The notes under the pieces are model-generated. The model did not search any database. It saw only the letters and a program-made list of their open reading frames with translations, and was not told the DNA's origin. A DNA stretch of 64,000 nucleotides from Lingula anatina (taxonomy: Eukaryota; Animalia; Brachiopoda): contig CM120640.1 in the NCBI GenBank assembly GCA_051362555.1, positions 64,272,788 through 64,336,787 on the forward strand, in the 5' to 3' direction. The position numbers were made by a program, and so were the translations under genes. This document shows positions 46,684 through 59,519 of this stretch, piece by piece (within the stretch, counting starts at the first letter, position 1; each line of letters opens with the position of its first letter).

Positions 46684-49298
46684 ATTGTACCACCAGCGTA
46701 GGCGCTGGCGGTACTCATGGTTTTAGTCCCGACCCGTATGTTCCGCCGGCTCCGCCGGCTCCTGCGGCTCCGCCGGCTCCTGCAGCTCCGCCGGCTCCTG
46801 CGGCTCCGCCGCCAAGTCACCGTTACCGCTTCTCCTCCTAGACGGTAAGGGCCTCCATACCCATCTCTTGGATTTAGGTCACCTATAATCTCAACTCGTT
46901 CCACGTAAAATTTGGGCTTTGTCGGTATTGGGGTCTAGGTGTGGCACTCATTACAATGCACCCTTGTCCAAAAATGGCAAAATTAAATGCTAATTATCTC
47001 CCCTACGGAAGGAATTATGGGAAAAATTTCTACAGACAGCTTTCCAAAAGTCATATGTGTAGATTTCAAATATGCCCTTGGATTTGACCTTTGACCTTTA
47101 TTTCAAGGTCAAACGGGCCAAAATTTTCAAAAAAACAAAATTTTTGCCGAAAAAAATTTTTTTTGCGCTCTTATTCAGACACCACACAGACTTAACTAAT
47201 AATATTAATGGAAAGTGTTACCCTTCGGGTCATCTTTCATCTTCGTGAATTTGGGGTCAATCGGTGCATTTTCACGGGAGTAGCGGCCATAAGATATCAA
47301 AACTGAAAATTGTCTCTAATTCGGGAACCGTTAATGCTAGACACCCATTCTTTTTTGCATTTTGTAGAGCATGTAAAGCCCAACACTGGAAGTGGTCTCC
47401 GTTTTTTTGTATTCCATACGGTTTTCGAGTTACGCTTTATCAAAAAGTCATATACTGGTGGTGAAAGCAAAATGTGCGGGCTTGGCAAAGCAGACAACTT
47501 GTGGTCAAAAATGACATTATTTCATCAAATTTGAACATCTGGAACTTCAAAGCACCTCCCATTTCAAGAATTTTGACCAAAATGACCTTTTCTTTATCTT
47601 AATTAATTTTTTTCTGTAGGAAATTTATGGCACACTATGGTAACTCCAAAATTATACCATTTAGTCCCTTATATCTCCAAAACTGGCAGAGATAGGTCCA
47701 TAGTTACTATTGAAGTTGAAAAGGAAGTCATATACTGGCAATCTAAATGTGACCTTAAAATTGACCTTTGACCTACTTTTCACCATGAACTGAACTTTGT
47801 AAATTTTGCGTCCCTTTTATCTCCAAAACTGGCAGAGATAGGTCCATAGTTACTATTGAAGTTGAATAGGAAGTCATATACTGGCAATCTAAATGTGACC
47901 TTAAAATTGACCTTTGACCTACTTTTCACCATGAACTGAACTTTGCAAATTTTGTTTCCCTTTTATCTCCAAAACTGGCAGAGATAGGTCCATAGCTACT
48001 GTTGAACTTGAATAGGAAGTCATATACTGGCAATCTACATGTGACCTTAAAATTGACCTTTGACCTACTTTTCACCATGAACTGAACTTTGTAAATTTTG
48101 CGTCCCTTTTATCTCCAAAACTGGCAGAGATAGGTCCATAGTTACTATTGAAGTTGAATGGGAAGTCATATACTGGCAATCTAAATGTGACCTTGAAATT
48201 GACCTTTGACCTACTTTTCACCATGAACTAACCTTTGCAAATTTTGTTTCCCTTTTATCCCCAAAACTGGCAGAGATAGGTCCATAGTTACTATTGAACT
48301 TGAATGGGAAGTCATATACTGGCAATCTAAATGTGACCTTGAAATTGACCTTTGACCTACTTTTCACCATGAACTAACCTTTGCAAATTTTGCTGCCCTT
48401 TTATCTCCAAAACTGGCAGAGATAGGTCCATAGTTACTATTGAACTTGAATAGGAAGTCATATACTGGCAATCCAAATGTGACCTTGAAATTGACCTTTG
48501 ACCTACTTTTCACCATGAACTGAACTTTGCAAATTTTGCTGCCCTTTTATCTCCAAATCTGGCAGAGATAGGTCCATAGTTACTATTGAACGTTGATAGG
48601 AAGTCATACACTGGCAATCTAAATGTGACCTTGAAATTGACCTTTGACCTACTTTTCACCATGAACTGATCTTTGCAAATTTTGCTTCCCTTTTATCTCC
48701 AAAACTGGCAGAGATAGGTCCATAGTTACTATTGAAGTTGAATAGGAAGTCATATACTGGCAATCTTAACGTGACCTTGAAATTGTCCTTTGACCTTCTT
48801 TTCACCATGAACTGAACTTTGCAAATTTTGCTTCCCTTTTATCTCCCAAACTGGCAGAGATAGGTCCAAAGTTACTATTGAAGTTGAATAGGAAGTCATA
48901 TACTAGCAATCTAAATGTGACCTTAAAATTGACCTTTGACCTACTTTTCACCATGAACTGAACTCTGCTAATTTCTTTCTCTTTTAACTCCTAACCTGGC
49001 AGAGATAGGTCCATTGTTACTATTGAACTTGAATAGGAAGTCATATACTGGCAATCTTACTGTGAAATTGACCTTTGACCTACCTTTTGATGAACTTAAC
49101 TTTGATTGTACCATTTTAAGTTATATATATATTTTTTGCATATTTTGAAAATTCTTGTTGATTGCATTTTTACAGCTTGTCAAGCAAAAGACTGGTGGCT
49201 GTGTCCCTTATTTTGTGTATGTGGGGGTCTATACAAATGCGCTTGCTCCAGCTGGTGGTACAATATTCGGAGGCGGTATCGCCTCTCTGATCCTCTAG
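46684..49298 (+). mobile_element. Non-autonomous Helentron (HINE), family 1, with ~10 x 146-bp repeats
   Basis: Inverted close copy of 29974-32291 with the same sub-TIRs, hairpins and CTAG|TT end. Confidence 0.85.
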
Positions 49299-50489
49299 TT
49301 AGACCTTCCTGTTATCAAACCCAGCTTATTAAAACTGGCAGCTGGTAGGAATGGTCTTTATTGACACATCAAGTTATGTAGTTTGAACCTATAGAAAGGC
49401 CAAATCATGAGGGGTGTGTAAAACTATATTCTGCAATTTATATAGTAGAATGTAGAAAGTCTCCCACCTGCAGATCCAATCAGAAAAAATTGCATGACTT
49501 TTTCTATAAAGTATATCACATCCTCCATAAAAAAATCATTCACTTTTTCAGAAGTCGTTATGTCATATATCCCACATATTTGTTTTTCATTTTTAAGTGC
49601 TCACTCAACTTGCTTCATCTGCACAAAAATTGTCACAATTTTCTCCAGTTTGCATACACCTCAATTAATTTTGCCTTGATTCAGTATGTAATTGGCATGA
49701 GCCTCTTTTTGGAATTGAGATTTACAGAGATCAAATAAGCATATTTCTATAACCAAATAACTTATGCTTCAATTTTATGTTATTATTTTTTTTCTTTTGT
49801 AAATTTATGATTTTGGACAAACATTTATGATGGTTAAATAAATTAGTAATTCAATGCAAAAATATTTTAGTTATTCTTTGTACAACTTCTCTTATCTGTG
49901 CAACTAATATCTTTAAGTTATGAGGTCATACATCAATGTTATTTTGATTTTTACATGTTTTTTTCCTTGTAAAGCCCAAGTGCAGTCAGGTGGGCAGTCC
50001 AATTATCCAGTTGTCCCCGAAGCTAGCTCTGACAAAATAACAGTCATCTTTGCACATGAGTAATTATTTTTGTTTGCATTCACATATGTAACAGAAAGCA
50101 CCCTTGCTCCCCCAAACATTGCACAATCGGAGTTTTTCAACAGCAGAGTCTGCAGAAAGTCTCTCTTGACCCCATTTACCACTGTTTGTCATTGTCAAAA
50201 CTGAAAACTGTAGCAATTTCGATTTTTGTTTCACCTTGTGTGTGTGTGTGTATGTTATTATCCTTTACATGTGCCCAGCCCTTGCCAGTGGTACAAAACT
50301 GTATTTGCAATGGAAAAAGTAAAACTCTTTGCAAGTATATCTAATCTAGATATAGGTTTTATTGGCATACACTGTAATATTACAACAATGTACGTCCATC
50401 TACCCCTTTTCTTGGCTTCAAGTGCCACTTCCCCTCACCCCAAAGTAAAATAACCAGTGGAAAATGAAAATGAACAAAATCAAATGTAA

Positions 50490-52148
50490 AACAAGGCAGC
50501 AAAGCTGTCAAATGTACAGACAAAAAGCAGGAAATAACTATGCACAAAATAGGCTACTGTCAATTCTGATGCAAAAGTACATTATGTTAAACTGCAAATT
50601 CAACATCAAATTTTAATTATGCTCAACAGGTAATACCAATGTAAGTAAAACGTGTAACAAGCATAAGGCTTCAGGCCCATGGGAGTTCAAGTTCACACTT
50701 TGAAAATGTATAACTTAAAGAAAAAGAAGCCAATTAGACTACTTTTCCAACCCAGGCTGCATTTTAGTCCTGCATTTCTTTTTTGAACATTTGGCAATCA
50801 TAAGTAACATGGTTTTCCAATAATGGTCATCATGGCAGCAGCACCCATAATTGTTTTCTTCTATTCTGATGCAATATTACGTATTGGTTAACAGCATAAT
50901 GACCGTCAATTTTTAATAATAAAATATACGTATCATGGATTTTCAGAAAATGTGACTAGCATGGGTCTTCAAGCATGTAGAACTTCAAAGTCACACCTTG
51001 AAAATGCCAATATGTGAAATATGCTGAAAAGTGAAAAAAAAGCATAACTTCTACAATAATGGCCGGATCATGCTGATTTTCGAACTTGACCTGCGTTTTA
51101 TGAATATTCATCAGCTCTGTAAATATAAAGCCCAAAAGTAAAACTGCCTTCCACTTATCGTGTTTACAATGAAAGTGCACGGCGCCGGCGATGACGGCGA
51201 CGACAGACGCAGGTGATGGCAATATGTACAGACACATCTACATATATATATTTACTGTACTGATTGAGAACAGTAAGTGACATGGTTTTTCTTAAATGGT
51301 CATCATGGGAGCAGTGCCCAAAATAGGTTTTTTTCAAATTTTGATGCAATATTACATAATGTTTAACAGCATAATGACCATCAATTTTTAATAATAAAAT
51401 ATTAGTATCATGGATATTCAGAAAATGTGACTAGCAAAGGTCTTCAGGCCCATGGAACTTCAAAGTCACAACTTGAAAATGCCAAAATGTAAATAAGTCG
51501 GCACTGTTCTGAAATGTTTTTTTTCCCCCATTTTTGACAATTTTTAACATAAAACAAAATTAACAGTTTACTGCCATTTTTATATGATCAACTAAGAAAA
51601 TTGATGAGATGGGAAAAATATCAATAGAACAGTGTTAAATGTCCAATTTCCTCCATTCTGAACATAGTTGATGATTGAATCTAACAAACTGCAATATGAT
51701 ATGATATGAGTTTATTTCCATTTTTGACACTTTATTACACAATACACGATAACAAGTTTACCATCATTTTTACAAAATCAACTAACAATGTTGTAAAGAT
51801 GCAGGAAATGTCAAACAAAAACTTTTATGTATCTTATTAGTTTAATAATGAGACTGTTAACATGCCTAAGAATTGAATCTGAGGAAATGTGAAAAATATG
51901 CTGAAAAGTGAAAAAACAGCATAACTTCTACAATAATGGCTCGATCATGCTGATTTGCGAACTTGACCTGCGTTTTATGAATATTCACCAGCTCTGTAAA
52001 TATAAAGCCAAAAAGTAAAACTGCCCTCCACTTATTGTGTTTACAAGGAAAGTGCACGGCATCAGCATCGCCATCGGCATCGGCATCGGCGACGACAGAC
52101 GCAGGTGATGGCAATATGTACAGACACATCTGTGTCTGTACATAAAAA
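50490..52148 (-). mobile_element. HINE family 2 fragments (two termini, ~51240 and ~52148); left boundary approximate
   Basis: Terminal hairpin TATGTACAGACACA-TC-TGTGTCTGTACATA plus A5, (GGCATC/GACGGC)n microsatellite and 161-bp satellite monomer. Confidence 0.7.
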
Positions 52149-52298
52149 GGTAGTTTGTCAAAAGCTCTAAATCAAAAACTTCTCTAAAGAATCAGGAACG
52201 GCTAATGAGTGCAGCAGTCCTTATCCTGCTTTGTAGAGATATAACAGTCTTCTAGCAATGACTATTTGGTTACAACTTGTAGTTCTTTAAAATCTTGC

Positions 52299-53525
52299 TT
52301 AAACTTTTAACTCTATCTTGGAGTGCTGTTCAGATTTTTCTTCGGAAACTGGAGATAAAGAACCCTTTGTGATATCCAAGATCTGATAGATATCCAAAGA
52401 TTCACCTGAAAATGGAATAATGTAACAATATGAAATGCCGAGAACTTTGTATTTCAATCAAGACTTGCTTCTCATAGGATCACACGAGTTTTGATCTGCA
52501 CCTCTTGTAATTACAGTAACATGTTGTCAGTAGTCTTTTTCTTCACCAGATACTCAATCTACATTACATAATTTCTATATTACAAAAAACATTATATGGC
52601 TGTAATGTAAATTACTTTATATGGGTGTAATACTACTTAATGGCAAAATACTCGAGCTAAGCTTTCTGAAGCACTTAGTGTACCTTCAGGCATGTCATAT
52701 CCTTTCTTCAGGCCTCTTGGATTAGATGGTGTCTTACAGTCCATGTCCACCTCTTTCCTCAAGCACACATCAAAGTCCACTGCACTGAAGAAGGCGACAG
52801 ACTGAAAGGATCCAAGATTTTTGAAATAGCAACATCACTGCTAATACCAATTTCATAACAACCACCAATTCTTAGTATCAAGTTACAGTACTGTTTGATT
52901 TAATACCTAATATAAATAACTACTATATTTCTCAAACATTTTACAATTGAACAGTACAGAAGCATCAAGTGTTAATATGAAACTAATAGTAACAGTGCTT
53001 GTGACAAACCTGAGGTAAATCATTCATTCCAAGTTTGTAAGCAAACATACACCTGGTTAGGAGATTGGATATCTGGAGAGCAAGTGCTGCCCTGTATTTG
53101 TCCTCACTTTTCACCAAGTATCTGACTTCATCATGAATACTAATGGAGAACCTCCCATCTATGCCATACTTATCAAAAAGCCACTGGTTACACACTAATA
53201 ACAGATGGAGGTAGTCCACCCCAGAACTCTGAACTACCCAATTTAGCCTGCTTGTCATGAACTGGAAATATCCATCAATACAAATAACAACTCATCAATT
53301 AAGACAACTTTAGCATTATCATGATAATGTCTAAACAGTTACTGGGACCTAAATCTGCCAGGTTAATAATATGAATGTTTTAGAATCACTTGAGTACAAA
53401 ATACTCAAGATACCAAATCAAAAGTAATGTTTACAGATGAATCTAAGCTGTAGACAGACCTTTCCTGAACTTTTCTTAATAATAATTTTATTGAGCACAG
53501 AAATGTTTTTAAATTTAAGTCTCAG

Positions 53526-53556
<31 letters not shown>

Positions 53557-55128
53557 TAAAAGAATAGAATGTAGTTAATTAGAAATATTGATGAACACAT
53601 ACATGATCGCTGACTTTGTCTGGCTCCAGGGCCCTGCTGATCTTACATCCTAGGGCTGGGGTTTTTGGCTCTGGGACTGAAATGATGCTCTCCAGGCTGT
53701 TAAACATTTCAGATTCACTGCAAAGAATCAAATCAATCTCTGAAATCGTTTTTAAGGATGATAAGGCATTACATGAAACATCTCAATCTGCCCATGTTTT
53801 GGAGAAGGGTAGCAAACATGGGCAGAAATAATTCACAATGGTGAAGTGTGCATTAAGTTACCTAAAACATGGATCATCTATTTTCATAAGCTATTTCATT
53901 TAGAAATAAAAGTACATACCTGCCACCAACCCATTTCGTTTTTTTCACTCTAAAATGACAGAGGCAACTTTACATTTTCAAAATGATCAAATAATCCAAT
54001 ACATGCAACATCCAAACCCAATACAGTGGTGCAAATAATATCACATGCACACTCTTAATTATTTAGTGCACTGATTAAAGCCATGTTTAATAATTTCATG
54101 GTCCCACATGAAGTTAGTTTCAAAATTTCAATTGCCTGGAACCATGGAGTTTAAAAAATAATTCATTGTCCAACCCCCAAATGGAACAGATTACTGTGAC
54201 AAATGTAAAACTTTCAGCTGCAGAAACGTTTTACTAAAACAAAAAATTCAGTGTCAGTATAGGTGAAGCAAATTGTGTCCTAATGATGTTTTCAAAAGTA
54301 ATTGTCAAACAAGACTATGGGGGGGGGTGCATTGTTACCAGACATGGTGGAACATTATGTGTAACATTTGATAATGTAAGTTCGCGATTAGGATTCTTGT
54401 AATGAGAGGTCATTATGGAAATTACATGTACATTTAAAATTGAGACAGACGGATTTTTGTTCTATACATGTTTTAAAAACTGAACACTTCTTTGAATTAA
54501 TTCATTTTAATTTTTTGAGAATTAAGCTCATGAAATGCACCTCCATATTGGGTTTGGGTGACAAGTACTGTGCATAAAATAATACAATTTACAACAGATC
54601 AAATGCTTTTAAAGAGAAAGTTCTGATGTCCAAAGACTTGCTAAAAGCCGCATCACAAGAAGAGATAAAAATTCAAAACAACCCATACTCATCTTATTAA
54701 CGATGTGATAATTACTGTGGATTTCATTTCCATATAGAACACCATTTTATTAAAGTACATTTGATTATTGTCAACTGTAGCATAAAACTAACTTACTGCT
54801 TTCCTTTTTCATCAATATAATTTTTGGTTGTCTTTTTCCCTTTTGTTGCGTTGTACATAACATACGCCTTTTTTAATGCTTCCTCTTTAGTGAGCTTCGG
54901 ATTAAATTCACAGAGGAGTTCAACAGCATATTTGTAGCCAGCACCATAAATGCGCCCATAATTGAACACCTGCAAAATAATTTGAGGTAAAACTGTTCTG
55001 TAATGCATAGTTATGCATTTAGGATGCATATGATGTCAATTTCTGTCCACAAAAGCTATCCAAATGCCAGCATATAGTTTCAAATAGTAAAGCTAAGAAA
55101 AATACCAAAAGATATTGTTTAATATTAC

Positions 55129-55169
<41 letters not shown>

Positions 55170-57308
55170 AAACAGGTTTTTCTGCTAGCTTTCTATGCTG
55201 TATAAAAACAGGGCAGATAAATAAGACAGGTAATGTCAAATTTATGACCAAATATTTTAAGCAAGGAGACATTAAAAGCTCTTTTATGGCTGATTGAGTG
55301 ATTTATTCAGTTTATTCTGCATGTCAACTGCAATATTGAGTTGTATAAGAAACTAGTAGTCATGGTATATCTGGTAATCCACACTCCACCAAAGCTCGGT
55401 TCACATGTACCTTTAATACATCAAAGAAACATGGCTGCAATTTACAAAGAGTTGTACCATGGACTAGCAAGTCAATAGTAAAACACTTGAAACTAAGGGA
55501 TCAGAGAGGCGATTCCGCCTCAGGATATTGTACCACCAGCTGCAGTAAGCGGATTCGTATGTAAAAGCAAAAAAAAAGGACATCACCTCCAGTGTTGTGC
55601 TTGACAAGATCTACAAAATGCAGTCTAGAGTTCTAAACATTTTTATTGAAAATTACAATTTAAAACAAAATCATGGGGAAGAGGAAAAGTTTAAATCCAA
55701 ATTTGTGAAGTGCGATTCATGTCAAAAAGAAGGTCAATGTCAATTTAAAGATCACAGATTGACAGTAAATGACTTCTTATTCTAGTTCAATAGTAACTAT
55801 GGGCATATCTCTGCCACCCTGAGCTTCAGAGCTAACTTGACACTAACCTATTCACTGTAGCCTATCTTCATCGTGTCAAGTAACCTCTGACGAAAATAGT
55901 TTGACCTAGTTTATATAAGCCAATCAAATCCATGTTTCAAAATTTTTCACCAAAGTTTGGTGAAAACGCTGATTGGTTGACCGTCAATCGGCAATCCTCG
56001 GCTGATTCCGCAAGCTCCATACTAACAACAAAGTTATTGTCGAGTGCGGAGACATCCGAGTAGTTCCGAGTGTATTACCGTACACAAAGAAAGCAAGGCG
56101 AGTGACTACGAAAAAGAATGTGTTAAGTTATCTCTTGATTCTTTGCAAAATATGAGTAAATCGGAATTGAAACCATAGGGTCTAGCAGTTTGAGGCCCTG
56201 CATCATTATCTACTGAGAGACGATGTTATTTGCGTGCTGCCCACAGGTTACGGCAAGACACTGATATTCAGCCTTATCTTTGATTGGTCCGGATTTGAAC
56301 AAAGCGCGCTTTGACTCGTTCGCGTTCATTGGCTAGATCGTTTAATGAGTCATTGAGTGCGGGCTTTTAAATTTGATTGGCGGGCGGCGGAGGCAATCGA
56401 ATCTGGTCAGAGGTTACTTGACACGATGAAGATAGGCTACAGTGAAGAGGTTAGTGTCAAGTTAGCTCTGAAGCTCAGGGTGATCTCTGCTAGTTTTGGA
56501 GATAAAACAGATAGAAAGGTTGCCAACTTCAGCTCATGATGAAAAGTAGGTCAAAGGTCAATTTTAAGGCCACAGTATGCCAGTATATATCCTCCCATTC
56601 AACTTCAATAGCCATATCTCTGTCAGTTTTGGAGATATAACAGATACAAAGTTCCAAAGTTCAGTTCAAAAGTAGGTCAACTTTAAGGTCACAGTTAGAT
56701 TGCCAGTATATTACTTCCTATTCAAGTTCAATAGTAACTATGGGCGTATCTTTGCCAGTTTTGGAGATACAAGGGACGGAAAAGTTGCACAGTTCAGTTC
56801 ACAGTGAAAAGAAAGTCAAAGGTCAATTTGAAGGTCACAGTTAGATTGCCAGCATATGACGTCCTATTCAACTTCAATAAGAACTATGGGCCTATCTCTG
56901 CCAGTTTTGGAGATATAAGGGACTAAAATGTTCCAAACTTCAGTTCATGATGAAAAGTAGGTCAAAAGGTCAATTTTAAGGTCACAGTTTGCCAGTATAC
57001 ACCTTCAGGAGCTGGCGGAACAGACCAGAAGGGACTAAAACCATGTCATATATAGTATATACTGGCAAACTGACTTAAAATTGACCTTTTCATCAGTAAG
57101 ATATATTATTTATCAAGCATTATTTGCTTTATTATTATTATTACTAATTATCATTTTATTATTATTCTTAATTGTATTACTTTTTCATAATTTTGGTCTA
57201 CCTTAGCCTGTTCTCTGGTGATCCCTATTGTCTCTGCAGTCTTGCTGTGTAAGTCAGTACCTTCACTCTTCTTGCCTTGTAGGTTCATCCAGCCAAATGC
57301 AGTGCTGC
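52299..57308 (-). CDS. POLG: Mitochondrial DNA polymerase gamma catalytic subunit, 3' exons (57308-57202, 54969-54797, 53949-53920, 53717-53603, 53261-53010, 52801-52684, 52405-52299); upstream exons not found in the window
   Basis: AFGWMNLQG...TDLHS, AK|[11 protein letters not shown] (motif B), [35 protein letters not shown] (motif C) and GESLDIYQI. Confidence 0.95.
55493..57045 (-). mobile_element. Diverged HINE family 1 copy carrying a nested MITE; right boundary approximate
   Basis: Same 3' stem-loop and sub-TIR, with degenerate 146-bp repeats; lies in a POLG intron. Confidence 0.75.
55815..56482. mobile_element. 668-bp MITE with 77-bp TIRs and an internal RecQ-like helicase fragment
   Basis: TIR CACCCTGAGCTTCAGAG... 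(1 mismatch), 8-bp TSD ATCTCTGC (55807-55814, 56483-56490); 56186-56277 translates to [30 protein letters not shown]. Confidence 0.85.
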
Positions 57309-57885
57309 CTGGAATTTGATAAATAAACATGCAACAATTTCATTTCTGTAGCTTTCAAAACAACGTGTATTACATTAGACTGTACACTGTAGCATTGATG
57401 ATTTTCCTAGGGTTTGGCTACCCAAGCATGAGAAGACTGGATCCGGCAGACTCTGCAGAAGAAACCTGCATGGTTCAACGGAGAGGAAGGCAATTGCAGC
57501 TGAGCATTGTGGAATGCTGACGGCAGTATGAGGCACAGAGCACATCCTGCAGGTCATCCACTGCATCTGCATTCCATCTCCAGTCTTCTTGACCTTGTCA
57601 TTTCACTAGACACAGATGGTCTACGACAAGAGAGTGAGGCTGACAGTGTGCTACTTTTCTTCACTTTAAACAAAGTCTCCGCACAAGTTATCCTTTGTCA
57701 AATCATTCCATCATCAACTTTCTTCAAGTCCTCACAGATTGGCCTTACAAGCCATCTGCGCAAACACAACACAAATCACTAACTTATAGGATGACAAGAT
57801 GGTCTTTGTTGATCCCGACAAATGAACCACACACTGTATCATAAAATCTCAGTGTATTATAACTGTACTGTAAGACAGTTGAAAA

Positions 57886-58520
57886 CTAGAGGATCAGAGC
57901 GGCAATACCACCTCCAGGTATTGTACCACCAGCTGGAGTAAGCGCATTCCTATGTAAAAGCAAGAAAAGGATACCACCTCTAGTGTTGTGCTTGACAAGA
58001 TCTACAAAATGCAGTCTAGAGTTTTAAATATTCTTATGGAAAATAAAAAAAAAAAAAGTCAATTTTAAGATCACAGATTGCCAGTATATGACCTCCTATT
58101 CAAGTTCAATAGTAACAATGGGCATATTTCTGCTAGTTTTGGAGATATAACAGATAGAAAAGTTACAAAGTTCAGCTAATGGTGAATAGTAGGTCCAAGG
58201 TCAATTTTAGGTCACAGTTAAATTGTCAGTATATGACTTCCTATTCAAGTTGAACAGTAACAATGGGCATATCTCTGCCTGTTTTGGAGATGCAATGAAC
58301 AGAAACGTTGCAAAAATCAGTTCACGGTGAAAAGTAGGTCAAAGGTCAATTTAAAGGTCACAGTTAGATTGCCAGCATATGACTTCCTATTCAAGTTCAA
58401 TAGTTCAATAGTAACTACTATTTTTGCCAGTTTGGAGATATAAGGGACTAAATGTTACAATTTTGGAGTTACAGTCATGTGCCATAAATTTCCTACAGAA
58501 AAATTAATGTAAATAAAACA
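57886..58520 (-). mobile_element. Truncated HINE family 1 copy
   Basis: CTAGAGGATCAGAG...ATTGTACCACCAGC end plus about three 146-bp units. Confidence 0.75.
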
Positions 58521-59272
58521 AGGCAGCAAAGCTGTCAAATGTACAGACAAAAAACAGAAAATAAAGATGCAAAAAAAGGTCATTTTGTCAATTTTGATGC
58601 AAAAATAAATAATGCTTATAATAGCACTATCAGTCAACATTGAATTTTAATCATGCACAACAGGTAACATGGTCAATAACAGGAGCGGACCCTGAGATAT
58701 TTTCTGACAGTATTCCAAAGTATCTATGTTGATCCATCCTCCATTTTGATGGTCTTCCAACAGAAAAAAAAGATACCAGTCCATATAAACTTAATAACCT
58801 GACTGTCTTCCGGAAGACTGAGAAGATGGTCTCAATCCACCCCTTAAATAAGATTACAGTTTCAGGACCATGAGAGACCAAAGTCACATGATGAAAGTCT
58901 CAATATTTGAAAAATGATGATAGTGCATAAAATAATATTACATTTTATTACATTATTATGTTTATTTAAAGACATAAAAAACAACTGCTTATGTGGAAAT
59001 ACAGAAAATGTGCAGAGCCTCAGGTGGATGAGAGTTAAAAGTCACAAATGCAGTGTTTGAGAAAAAATTATAAAGGAAACATAACAAAACTATAAAAGCA
59101 CTCCGAGAGTGCAGACCTCTGCCAAGGCAGCAATTGTTGATTATTATTGATTGATTATTGAGCCAGACCACCACCAAAAACTAATCATTGTCCTCTTTGG
59201 CCCACTTCTGACAGTTCCTGAGGTAAATATAATTCCAATGAAGCTGCTATTCAAACTTTTAATCTTCAAGTT

Positions 59273-59274
<2 letters not shown>

Positions 59275-59317
<43 letters not shown>
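59275..59317. repeat. (AT)n microsatellite
   Basis: Perfect AT run. Confidence 0.95.
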
Positions 59318-59321
<4 letters not shown>

Positions 59322-59519
59322 CCTGCATAATTTACCTGTATAATTATCACTGCTTCCTTATTATTTATCTAGCAGAGAGCTTAACCTTTGGCAGTTTACA
59401 GGGAAATATCAAAAAAGTGTGCTTTATGCAATCTCATTTAATGGCCTATTAATTAGGCAAATGATTTTATAACTTAGCTAAGTGATACCCAAGGGAAATT
59501 TATAGACTGACCCTCTCAA

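Noticed and set aside
46650-46904. Arg/Ser-rich protamine-like ORF and its Pro/Ala-rich antisense ORF
   Set aside because: Both come from the (CCGCCGGCT)n microsatellite of the HINE; the same pattern appears at 32179-32397.
52299-57308. Functional link between POLG and the Polinton polymerase
   Set aside because: POLG is an ordinary intron-rich host family-A polymerase about 34 kb away, outside the TIRs.
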